Positions 56,401 to 64,000 of a stretch of DNA of 64,000 nt are shown piece after piece. The stretch is taken from assembly GCA_030684815.1 (NCBI GenBank), contig JAUXXQ010000196.1, positions 13,930-77,929 on the forward strand, read 5' to 3'. Source of the DNA: Methylobacter sp. GTDB taxonomy: Bacteria; Pseudomonadota; Gammaproteobacteria; Methylococcales; Methylomonadaceae. The position numbers and the translations under genes were made by a program. Each line of letters begins with the position of its first letter. The stretch's first letter is position 1. A model generated the notes under the pieces. The model did no database searches, had not been told where the DNA came from, and saw nothing but the letters and a program-made list of their open reading frames with translations.

Positions 56401-57027
56401 GTCCAACGAAAACATCACGCCGCTGGCGTCCAAATCCGAGCGCACCATCTTCATGATGCCGATAGATAAAGCCAGCTTGAAATGGTCGAAGCCCTGATCG
56501 ATTCGGTAATGTATCGCGCGGTCGGTGAATAGGCTGGCAAAACAGCGTTTGCAGGACTCCAACAGAGCCTGGTCGCCGCGTATGTTCAGGTAAGTGTCCT
56601 GTTGACCGGCAAAACTGGCGGTCGGCAAATCTTCAGCGGTGGCGGAGCTGCGCACGGCCACGCTTAAATCATCGCCGTACTGTTGTTTCAGCTGGTTGAA
56701 GGCGGCGATAATTTGCTGTTCAAGGTCTTTGGGGAAAGGCGCGGCATAGATGATTTCCCTGGCTTTGCGCGCACGGTTGGCAAGATCGGTCACATCGTCA
56801 GGGTTCAAGCCGTCCAATGCCTGATGCAGCGCATCCCAGCCCTGCGCCTGATCCAACACGTAACGGTAAGCCTCGGCAGTCACGGCAAAACCGTTGGGAA
56901 TCTGTATGCCTTGCGGGGTTAATTCCCGGTACATTTCACCTAAGGAGGCATTTTTGCCGCCGACCAACGGCACGTCTTCAATCGTTAATTCATTAAACCA
57001 ACGGATATAGTTTGCTTGCTCGGACAT
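53404..57027 (-). CDS. ppsA: Phosphoenolpyruvate synthase containing an intein (1207-aa precursor, ~803 aa after splicing)
   Basis: VGGKNASLGEM, VRSSATAEDLPTASFAGQQ, RGGRT|CHAAI, RMSDFKTNEY, MCEIPNN and FSIGSNDLTQ. Confidence 0.95.
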   Translation of the reverse strand: MSEQANYIRWFNELTIEDVPLVGGKNASLGEMYRELTPQGIQIPNGFAVTAEAYRYVLDQAQGWDALHQALDGLNPDDVTDLANRARKAREIIYAAPFPKDLEQQIIAAFNQLKQQYGDDLSVAVRSSATAEDLPTASFAGQQDTYLNIRGDQALLESCKRCFASLFTDRAIHYRIDQGFDHFKLALSIGIMKMVRSDLDASGVMFSLDTESGFTDVVFITGAYGLGENVVQGAVDPDEFYVHKPTFEQGHRAVLRRTLGAKKIKMVYSDGRTREPTHNIVTSAEERNRYCLNDADVLTLADYAIKIEKHYSAKAGQARPMDIEWAKDGIDGTLYIVQARPETVVSQLRGMVLEQYSLKQSAAPIVIGHAVGSKIASGNARIIDKLEQLSSFKAGDILVADMTTPDWEPVMKIASAIVTNRGGRTCFSGDTILLTNQGFLTFAELEQRGCEDIQVPSLNRDTLKIEWKNVEAVMKKTARLLQVNVSQTGRMKNNTLKVTADHKMLNLRDGQLVDTELQEMLSNQECALLAQYIPALTSSTNKQKKLAYLLGGIMTDGHIHRSRTHGEVVFIQKPTAVKQQFIAAMNDALHSVYGKLFKAFEKKQSQGFIRGQQVVGEATAYRCFSKDVAYQLHDEATTISQTLLKGDTDLVCSFLAGVIDGDGSFNNGRVNIYVSKQELLEAVIVACLRIGTVPSVTVNRTIYNVQIVEKLDLLNQYTQRVRCQDARVRTGTRFFNTRQLFTTPFNSDINNRSAKNYLIDEQQLRATLEQVTDSTLKNNLEKLLASDLRQLRLQTVHELEEQAVYNITVADHHNYIVFSERYTPVLVNNCHAAIISRELGVPAVVGCDNATTLIQHDSLVTVSCAEGDVGKVYADLLDFDIQSTDLSGLQQPKTHIMLNIGNPELAFKTSFLPNAGVGLARMEFIITEYIKAHPMALIHPEKVQDAAERGQLNQLTRHYASPEDYFIEKLSEGVGTIAAAFYPKPVVVRMSDFKTNEYATLLGGSWFEFDEENPMIGFRGASRYIHPAYAEGFALECRAMKRVRDEMGLTNVILMIPFCRRVQEAKKVLDYMAELGLKRGDNGLQIYVMCEIPNNVIQIDAFSQHFDGFSIGSNDLTQLTLGVDRDSAILAEDFDERDPGVKEMIRLAVEGARRNGKHCGLCGQAPSDYPEMAEFLVEIGIDSMSLNPDSVLKTTQLVLATERRLGK
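54541..55752 (-). mobile_element. 404-aa intein with LAGLIDADG homing endonuclease
   Basis: Starts CFSGDT, block B TADH, ends VYNITV...PVLVNN before the +1 Cys; motifs LLGGIMTDG and FLAGVIDGDG. Confidence 0.93.
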
Positions 57028-57215
57028 CGTAACTCCTTAAAATGAATGACTTGCTTAATTTAGGCGGTAATTTCTTATTCCTTAGTAATTTCTCATTACC
57101 CACTGGCCACATCAAATCCATCAAACCAACTTAGGAAAAAAATAGTCATTAATGAGAAGTTACATTGATTATATCCAAGTATGCGATTTTAGGTAGCCCC
57201 ACAAGCCAACCTGCA

Positions 57216-58205
57216 TTAATTTGTAGGGGCTGCCCGTAATTGCGCCATCAAATCTTCGGTTAAGGCCTTGACTTCACCATGGGTAATAATAACCAATCGC
57301 CCGATACCGTCATCAGAAGCCCTTGCCGGTAACCGCGTTTCAGGATAAAGCCTTCCGGCCGCGCCCTGCACCAATAAAGGTTGGTTTTGCCCAGGCGTGT
57401 AAACCATGCCTTTTAAGCGCACCAGTTGTTTAGGATAGTGTGAAACCAGGTATTCCAGCGCTTTTTGTAAACGCTCCCAAGGCAGCGGATGTTCAAGCTG
57501 CAAGCTGATGCTGCTAAAGCCGTGATCAGGCAAATCGAGCTCTTCAGTACCGCGCAGCCGCCGGAATTTCCGGGGGAAATTTAGCAATAGCTCGGGGTCA
57601 AGTTCACCTTGCACAGCGGTCAGCCGGGTTGCAGCCGGAGCCAATTGATTCAGGCGCGCACCGATGCGTTCAATTTGTTCGGCTGTCGCCAAATCGGTTT
57701 GCGTCATGACCACCGTATCCGCCCAGGCGCAAGCGGCTTGCGCCTCAGGAAAATAATCAAAATAATCTTCATCCATAACCGCTGAAACGGTAGTGATAAC
57801 GCCTTGCAGGCTATAACGCGCAGCCAGCCAGCGCTCCCGTAACAAAATATCCAGCACCGGTTCAGGATTGGCAACGCCGCTGGTTTCGATGATCACCCGC
57901 TCGAAAGGCCTGTCCTTAGAATCCCAGGCCATGCGCAGGTTTTTAAGCAAGGGCGTTAACGAACCTATCACCTGACAGCACAAACAGCCGCCGACCAACG
58001 TCGATAACGGCACTTTGTGCTCGCGCAGTAATTGTTGATCGATCGGCGTGGTGCCGAATTCATTGATAATCACGGCGGATTTGGGCGCATGGCTCAATAA
58101 ACGGTTCAATAACGTGGTTTTCCCGCTGCCGAGAAAACCGCTGATAATGAATACCGGTATGCGTTCAATGGTTTTGGATGGCCGGGTTGGACTGTAATTG
58201 TTCAT
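57216..58205 (-). CDS. COG0523/CobW-family G3E GTPase
   Basis: ISGFLGSGKTT, INEFG, GGCLCC (CxCC), IETSGVA; CobW_C-like RLKG. Confidence 0.9.
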   Translation of the reverse strand: MNNYSPTRPSKTIERIPVFIISGFLGSGKTTLLNRLLSHAPKSAVIINEFGTTPIDQQLLREHKVPLSTLVGGCLCCQVIGSLTPLLKNLRMAWDSKDRPFERVIIETSGVANPEPVLDILLRERWLAARYSLQGVITTVSAVMDEDYFDYFPEAQAACAWADTVVMTQTDLATAEQIERIGARLNQLAPAATRLTAVQGELDPELLLNFPRKFRRLRGTEELDLPDHGFSSISLQLEHPLPWERLQKALEYLVSHYPKQLVRLKGMVYTPGQNQPLLVQGAAGRLYPETRLPARASDDGIGRLVIITHGEVKALTEDLMAQLRAAPTN

Positions 58206-58312
58206 TTATTAAAGTGATTTCCAAAAAATAATATCCCTTGATGATCATGGGCGGTAAAAAATAGGGTTCACCTTCGCTCGACGTTTTAATATCACACGCA
58301 ATTATTCGGGGC

Positions 58313-58981
58313 TCAGCCAAAATCCAGCGTCAATAACAAACGTCTGGGCGAGTTGGGCGTCAATTTTGGCGAACGATGTATCGCGCCATGCTGTTCATTG
58401 CCCTCCCAAAGACCGCCTTTCAGCAAGCCGATAGCATAGGGCGGCATCTTATGTACCGCGTTATTGTCCAAAATCAGGCCTGAGAGTTCGTCGCTCAAGC
58501 CGCCGGAACCGCTGCCCAATTTACGCCGGTCGGCATAAGCATCTTCCAGCCATTCAGTGCCGATGTCGCCGTAAGTGCAAACCAGACGGCAGGTCACCGA
58601 GTCAACATGAAATTTGGGGCACATGGCGTGATCCAGGGTGTGCAAACGCAAGCCGACACGTTTTAGCTCGAACAAATCGCAATAAAGCGCTGTTAAAGCG
58701 GCCACATCCTTGCAAAATTCCCGGTAACCCGGCAAGTGCGCGGTGTGGGGCAGTAAACCAAAAAAATTAAACGATGCAAAGTCAATGCTTTCGATAAAAC
58801 TAATGGGATTCGGGAGCTTTAACAAATGCCCGACAAAGTGGCTCAGTTCGCTATCAACCTGGCGCTCTACCAGGCAAATATTGATAGCCGGTTGATAGAT
58901 TTGAGCCAAATCAGCCATGTCGTCAGACAGGTAAGCCTGGGAATAAGTCGGTGTTATTAAATGCTGCGCGGTGACAACCAT
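58313..58981 (-). CDS. DUF1826-like protein
   Basis: MCPKFHVD...RLVCTYG..GTEWL and HGAIHRSP; start at 58981 with GAGGA RBS. Confidence 0.85.
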   Translation of the reverse strand: MVVTAQHLITPTYSQAYLSDDMADLAQIYQPAINICLVERQVDSELSHFVGHLLKLPNPISFIESIDFASFNFFGLLPHTAHLPGYREFCKDVAALTALYCDLFELKRVGLRLHTLDHAMCPKFHVDSVTCRLVCTYGDIGTEWLEDAYADRRKLGSGSGGLSDELSGLILDNNAVHKMPPYAIGLLKGGLWEGNEQHGAIHRSPKLTPNSPRRLLLTLDFG

Positions 58982-59241
58982 ATTTGTCCTCATTGATTGA
59001 ATAAAAAACGTTCCAGAATAATCATTGGCTGCATCAAGTCGATGCCGATGGCAAAAATTACAGTTTGCCCAAACAGACGGGTGTCCGGTAAATAAAATCG
59101 GCAATCGCATTGGGCAACTGATGCGTTAGCGCATTGGCTAAGAACAGCACCAGCACAACCAGCAATACATTTAAAGCCATTCGTTTTAAACGTTTGCCCT
59201 CAAACCGATACTGACCGGCTGCCCGTGCGTGCGCCGTCCGC

Positions 59242-60453
59242 TCAAGACTGCTCATCATCAGCAAGCCATACAGGAAAATCATCCCGATAGGTTTTCCACG
59301 CTTCTTGCCCGGCCGATAATTCATCATCGCTCAACAAGCACAGGTCTAATTCCCGGCGCGCTTTATCGGCATTGATGTTTTGACCGATAAAGACCAGTTC
59401 TTGCCGGCAATCGCCAAAGGGGGCTTGCCAGTTAGCGTGAATATCCGCGATGTAGTCTTCAGGCCATTCCGATTCAGGCACCGATGCCCACCAGCGTCCG
59501 GCACAGCCATGTTGCATGGTGCCGCCGGCTTGCGACCAGTTGCCCACCCATTCAGGCCGCGAGGCCAGCCAGAAAAAACCTTTGGAACGCAGCAAGGTGC
59601 CGTTGTTCCAATCGTCGCGATGCAGATAATCGTAAAAACGCTCAGGGTGAAACGGCTTGCGGGCGGCGTAAACAAAACTGGCGATACCGTATTCCTCGGT
59701 TTCGGGCTTATGCGTACCGCGCATTTCTTGCAGCCAGCCCGGCGCCTGTTCCGCCTGTTCAAAATTGAAGCGTCCGGTATTGATGATTTTTTGCAGTGGC
59801 GCTTGCCCCATCACCATCGGGATGATCTCGGCATCGCGATTCAGGGTGTGCAAAATGGCGGTCAGGTTAGCCAGCTCGTCGCTGCACACCAAATCGGCTT
59901 TTGAAATCAGAATCACATTGCAAAATTCCACCTGCTCCACCAGCAGGTCGGCAATATTGCGCTCATCCTCCTCGCCCAGCTCGGCATTAATCTCTTTCAA
60001 CGATTGGGCTTCCAGATAATCGCGCATGAAGTTGACCGCATCGACCACCGTCACCAAGGTGTCCAGTTTGGAAATATCCGATAAGCTAACGCCGTCTTCA
60101 TCCCTGAAGGTAAAGGTCTCGGCAATCGGCATCGGTTCTGCGATACCGGTCGATTCAATTAACAAATAATCGAAACGGCCTTCCTTGGCCAATTGCCCGA
60201 CTTCCACCAGCAAGTCTTCGCGCAATGTGCAGCAGATGCAGCCATTGCTCATTTCAACCAGTTTTTCTTCGGCGCGATTGAGCGCAACCTCGTTTTTAAC
60301 CAGCGCCGCGTCAATGTTGATTTCGCTCATGTCATTGACAATCACGGCTATTTTTAAACCCTCACGGTTGGCGAGAATGTGATTGAGCAGCGTGGTTTTG
60401 CCTGCGCCTAAAAAGCCTGACAGCACAGTGACCGGTAGTTTTTGGGTTTGCAT
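59242..60453 (-). CDS. COG0523 Zn metallochaperone GTPase (ZigA/YciC-like)
   Basis: [41 protein letters not shown] and RQELVFIG; start MQTQK at 60453. Confidence 0.92.
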   Translation of the reverse strand: MQTQKLPVTVLSGFLGAGKTTLLNHILANREGLKIAVIVNDMSEINIDAALVKNEVALNRAEEKLVEMSNGCICCTLREDLLVEVGQLAKEGRFDYLLIESTGIAEPMPIAETFTFRDEDGVSLSDISKLDTLVTVVDAVNFMRDYLEAQSLKEINAELGEEDERNIADLLVEQVEFCNVILISKADLVCSDELANLTAILHTLNRDAEIIPMVMGQAPLQKIINTGRFNFEQAEQAPGWLQEMRGTHKPETEEYGIASFVYAARKPFHPERFYDYLHRDDWNNGTLLRSKGFFWLASRPEWVGNWSQAGGTMQHGCAGRWWASVPESEWPEDYIADIHANWQAPFGDCRQELVFIGQNINADKARRELDLCLLSDDELSAGQEAWKTYRDDFPVWLADDEQS

Positions 60454-60483
60454 AATATATATTAAAGTGGCGTTTAATTGTAA

Positions 60484-60498
60484 TGTTATAATATAACA
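60484..60498. promoter_or_regulatory. Zur box
   Basis: Perfect palindrome TGTTAT-AAT-ATAACA 30 bp upstream of the COG0523 start. Confidence 0.85.
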
Positions 60499-60528
60499 CA
60501 CAGTATCCCCTATTTTGCAAACAGGCGT

Positions 60529-60654
60529 AAGTAGTCATCCAAAAGTTTCTTAACAAACAAGTTGGGAGTAAAACAGCTTTAGCTGTTTTACCGCCAATAG
60601 CTAAAGCTATTGGACTCCAATGTAAAGGTTAAAAGAAATAGGCTTACTTAACTT
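60529..60654 (-). mobile_element. Family A repeat, copy 5 (inverted)
   Basis: Reverse complement of the 20886 copy. Confidence 0.85.
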
Positions 60655-60745
60655 ATGAAGAAGCAGAGCGTGGGAATGAAAAAAATGTGCGCTGTGGTAT
60701 CAAATTTCTCAACCCAGGCAGGGCATTGAAAGTATTTAGTGAGTT

Positions 60746-60778
60746 AGACCTTCCAGGTTTTTAAAACCTGGAAGGTCT
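60746..60778. repeat. REP-like AGACCTTCCAGGTTTTTAAAACCTGGAAGGTCT palindrome
   Basis: Perfect-stem member of the family seen at 21094 and 36697. Confidence 0.8.
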
Positions 60779-60984
60779 GCAGTCAGGCCTATTCCTTGTT
60801 TAACATAAGCCGAAAATGTGACCGTTCAAAGTATAGCCTTTGTGGTGGGCATAAAAAGAGGACTCGAGCCGCTGCTGTTGGGCTAAGCGGTAGACCTGAG
60901 CAGTTACTTTCCTGTGGCTAACGAGGAGTTACCACCAATCCGGCTATCTTTGATGTGTTGAGGGACGAGACGATTCAGCAAAGG

Positions 60985-61326
60985 TCATTCAAGTAACACG
61001 TCTTCCATCAGCTGGCGTAAATTAGCAGGCATTTCCAGGGTCTCCAAGTCCCAACCTTCATGGCGCAACACATCATCTAAACAGGCCTGCATAATGTCGT
61101 GCGCCTCATGGGTGGCCTGGGCAATTAGCTCATGGGTTTTTATGTCCAGCGTCAATTTAACGTTGCTCATACAGTTAAGCTGGTAAGCAAACAAACGCCG
61201 TAAATTAGAAACCTGCTCACTCACTTGGCTCGGACAAGCGCACATATAAACCAAGCCTTGCCCACGGATTTTTTCCAACTGTGCATCAGAATATTTAATC
61301 GTTAAATTTGTTTTTTGCGGTTTCAT
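60985..61326 (-). CDS. Hypothetical protein with a CxCP motif
   Basis: YSDAQLEKI...MCACPSQV..., THELI; likely start MKPQK at 61326. Confidence 0.7.
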   Translation of the reverse strand: MKPQKTNLTIKYSDAQLEKIRGQGLVYMCACPSQVSEQVSNLRRLFAYQLNCMSNVKLTLDIKTHELIAQATHEAHDIMQACLDDVLRHEGWDLETLEMPANLRQLMEDVLLE

Positions 61327-61407
61327 TTCCCATTCCCATTCCCATTGCCATTGCCAAGCGGTACGCCCATCGTTACACACCAATCCTAATATAGGGTGCG
61401 CCGTGCT

Positions 61408-62067
61408 TCATAAAGCATCCCTCATCATCCTTTGCGTTAAATCCGTCCACAGGCTTAAACGCTCAGTTCCACCTACGCGCTGGCCACTGCCACGCGCCTT
61501 CGCCAGCCATAAGCCGGAACCGTTGAAACTATATACAGGCAACAAATCGCTACGCTGACTCGCCGGTTTAATTTGCGGAATCAGATTATCCAAAACGACA
61601 GGGACAGAACGCGGCGTCTCAAAATAAGTCAGTACCATGTGCGCCTGATTCAATTCAAGCGCTTTAACATAAGTAATGCGTATTTTCTCTTCAGGCACGC
61701 CTAAGGCCTTGAGCGTGAAATATTTGGCAATGGCATAATCCTCACAATCGCCAGCGCCTTGGGCCAAAAACTCAATCGGCGTGGCCCAGTAATCATTAAC
61801 CTTCCACAGCACAATATCATCAACAAAATCAATGCGTTGATTAAAGAAATCATTGACCTTCTTTAATTTTTCCTTTTCCGGCAGATTTTTAGCCGCCTGC
61901 GAATCGAGCAATTGCCGCCATTCTTCCACCCTAATACGCCCGGCGACACCGTATTTTTTTTCAACTTTGGCAAGCAGTTCGGCGCTGATATTGATTTGCG
62001 CCGCAGTAACAATACTGAGCGCAAACCCCAACAGCAAAAGCAGTATTCTAAAACCTCGACTAAACAT
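61408..62067 (-). CDS. lapG: Transglutaminase-like cysteine peptidase LapG
   Basis: DYWATP.EFL..GAGDCEDYAIAKYFTL, AHMVL and VLDNL; signal peptide; adjacent to lapD. Confidence 0.92.
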   Translation of the reverse strand: MFSRGFRILLLLLGFALSIVTAAQINISAELLAKVEKKYGVAGRIRVEEWRQLLDSQAAKNLPEKEKLKKVNDFFNQRIDFVDDIVLWKVNDYWATPIEFLAQGAGDCEDYAIAKYFTLKALGVPEEKIRITYVKALELNQAHMVLTYFETPRSVPVVLDNLIPQIKPASQRSDLLPVYSFNGSGLWLAKARGSGQRVGGTERLSLWTDLTQRMMRDAL

Positions 62068-62072
62068 AATGC

Positions 62073-63974
62073 TTACCGACTTGCGCCGAACAAGCCTATC
62101 TCGCGCATCACGGCATAGTCTGCATCCGACTGTACATTTTCTGCCAAAATCACAATATCAAGCAATTGCGCCGCTTGTTGCATGGTTTCGATAAAAGCTT
62201 TTTTACTTTCATCGCGGCTTAAGTCACTGCCTAAATCGCGCGCCAAACGGATATAGTCAGGCCTTAAATCTTTCGCCATATCCAGCGGCATGGATTGGGT
62301 TTCAAAGCGTTTTAACATCACCTTGGCACCCAAAGAATGGATAAATTCAAAAAAATCACGATAGACATTGGCTTCTTTTGCCACCGCATACGCCGAAATG
62401 CTAAACACCAATTGTGCGGCAATAGCCGAATCCCTGATCTCGCCAGCCAGCCAAACCCTAAAATCGGCATTTTTAACCGTCCGGGTTGACAGGTTGACGG
62501 CAACTGCATGGCTAATATTTTCCAACCGGATATGATCCATCACCCGCTGCGTCACGCCTTGATCCAGCTCAACGATTTTGGCGAATTTTTCCGCAATGGA
62601 AACAAAAGTGCCAATCGGAATAACCTTGCCTTGCGGGTCAAACGCCTGGGTAAAGGCCTCCTCCATGAACACGGTATCGGTTGCAAACTGCTTGATCTCG
62701 CCGATGTAACTTACCTGATAGGCTTTTTGGTCGATGATGTTAAAGACCAAATCCTTCCATTCGGCGATGTCTTTGGCATGGTTGCTGCCTATCCTAAAAT
62801 AATAACTGTTGGAGCCAATCAGTTGCGCCTGCTCGAACGCCTCATTGGCGGCCGCCAAAATGTCGGCGGTCGTACCTAATGGGTTAAACATGGCGATACC
62901 GATATGGGCAATATCCTTGCGCCGGTAATCGTCGCCCAGCCCGGCAAGCAAGGCTGACACCGATTGCGCCAATTGTTCCGCCTGCTCCCGGCTTAAACTT
63001 CTGGCCAGAATCGCAAATTCGGAGCCGAAAAAACGATAGGGCGTCACCAAACCAGGCTCATATTGCGCGGAAACCTTGTTCAACAAACCGGCAAAGCGTT
63101 TTAAAAATTGATCAATGGTATCGCTACCGTGTTCCTTGGCCAAACTTGCCAGACCGTCTATTTTGATAACAAAAACAAACGCCTCAATATCGGCCATAAA
63201 CAACTGCTTCATATCGGTTTCGAAGCTGCTTTTTTTATGTAAGCCGGTTAAATCATCCAATTGCAGCTTTTTGCCGATAGAATCCAGTTTTGTCGTAAAG
63301 CTGCTGATCGCCCCCTCAATCTTTTTCGACATGGTATTCATTGAAATGGCCACATTTCTAACCTCAAGCGTCCACGGCAATTTCTCAATGGTTTTAAACT
63401 GGCCGTTGGCAATCGCCAGCGCCAGCTCGTTAATCGCTTTTAACGGCAACAACATAAAGCGCAAAATCAAAAATAACAGCAACACCGCGCCGGTAAAGGT
63501 AATTAAAGAATAATTGAACGAACTTTGCGCCAGCTGATACAGCTTCAAATAGGCGAAGCCGGGATTAATCGTCACATAAACCGTACCGCCGATAGACCAA
63601 CCCGAGCTGATTTCGCTTTCCGCCGTCGCGGTTTGTATCGGTAAAAAGTCAATGAACCACTGCGGAACTTCAGTAAAAATCTTATCGTTTTTCACCGTCA
63701 CCAACGGCTTGTTATCGACATTCACCAACCTGATTTCGCCGTAATAGCCCATATCGAAAATGGCATTAATCATCGTCTCCAGCACCGGATCATTTTCATT
63801 GCCGATATAAGGACTTAGCGACAAACCCAGCGAAGTCGCAGTATCTTGGGCATGAACCTGGGATTCGGATTCCAAATAATCCCTGATTTTATTAACGCTC
63901 AACAAAAAATTGACACTAAAAATAATGAGAAAAATAGCGGAAACCAGTATTAACAACTGTTTAGATAAAGACAT
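62073..63974 (-). CDS. lapD: c-di-GMP receptor LapD (LapD/MoxY-HAMP-degenerate GGDEF-EAL)
   Basis: MSLSKQL, HAQDTATSLGLSL and IFDMGYY; degenerate FGSEF and EEAF motifs. Confidence 0.92.
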   Translation of the reverse strand: MSLSKQLLILVSAIFLIIFSVNFLLSVNKIRDYLESESQVHAQDTATSLGLSLSPYIGNENDPVLETMINAIFDMGYYGEIRLVNVDNKPLVTVKNDKIFTEVPQWFIDFLPIQTATAESEISSGWSIGGTVYVTINPGFAYLKLYQLAQSSFNYSLITFTGAVLLLFLILRFMLLPLKAINELALAIANGQFKTIEKLPWTLEVRNVAISMNTMSKKIEGAISSFTTKLDSIGKKLQLDDLTGLHKKSSFETDMKQLFMADIEAFVFVIKIDGLASLAKEHGSDTIDQFLKRFAGLLNKVSAQYEPGLVTPYRFFGSEFAILARSLSREQAEQLAQSVSALLAGLGDDYRRKDIAHIGIAMFNPLGTTADILAAANEAFEQAQLIGSNSYYFRIGSNHAKDIAEWKDLVFNIIDQKAYQVSYIGEIKQFATDTVFMEEAFTQAFDPQGKVIPIGTFVSIAEKFAKIVELDQGVTQRVMDHIRLENISHAVAVNLSTRTVKNADFRVWLAGEIRDSAIAAQLVFSISAYAVAKEANVYRDFFEFIHSLGAKVMLKRFETQSMPLDMAKDLRPDYIRLARDLGSDLSRDESKKAFIETMQQAAQLLDIVILAENVQSDADYAVMREIGLFGASR

Positions 63975-64000
63975 GCTGACAGCCCTGTATTTTGATAATT

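Noticed and set aside
20886-60654. Recurrent repeats as a CRISPR array
   Set aside because: The copies are dispersed, not regularly interspaced with unique spacers, and no cas genes are present.

Overview
Chromosomal window, most likely from a gammaproteobacterial (Methylococcaceae-like) methanotroph. This is inferred from the mtkAB-mcl / sga-hpr serine-cycle block and the overall gene set. Main contents, left to right: trkH-trkA; mtkB-mtkA-mcl divergent from sga-hpr; cspA plus an RRM protein; a dense DnaA-box/IHF cluster; two pilU paralogues; a CPA1 antiporter with a cNMP domain; rlmKL; a Tad/Flp locus without tadABC; galU; a tandem-CBM21 phosphatase next to a PLD-family gene; tolC; norR divergent from sigma54-hcp and a 2Fe-2S reductase; a fimT-pilW-pilX-pilV minor-pilin operon; ppsA interrupted by a LAGLIDADG intein; a Zur-box operon with two COG0523 GTPases; and lapG-lapD. 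Intergenic DNA is crowded with several families of small palindromic repeats. Best leads: (1) two ORF-less IS608-like mini-elements with co-varying target/guide tetranucleotides and internal promoter-like motifs facing the TnpB omega-RNA end; (2) a cytoplasmic CBM21x2-EEP phosphatase plus PLD pair; (3) a DARS/datA-like DnaA-box locus; (4) the ppsA intein; (5) an in-frame palindromic insertion in rlmKL. No rRNA, tRNA or CRISPR array was recognised. All product calls come from motif recognition by eye; no database searches were run.
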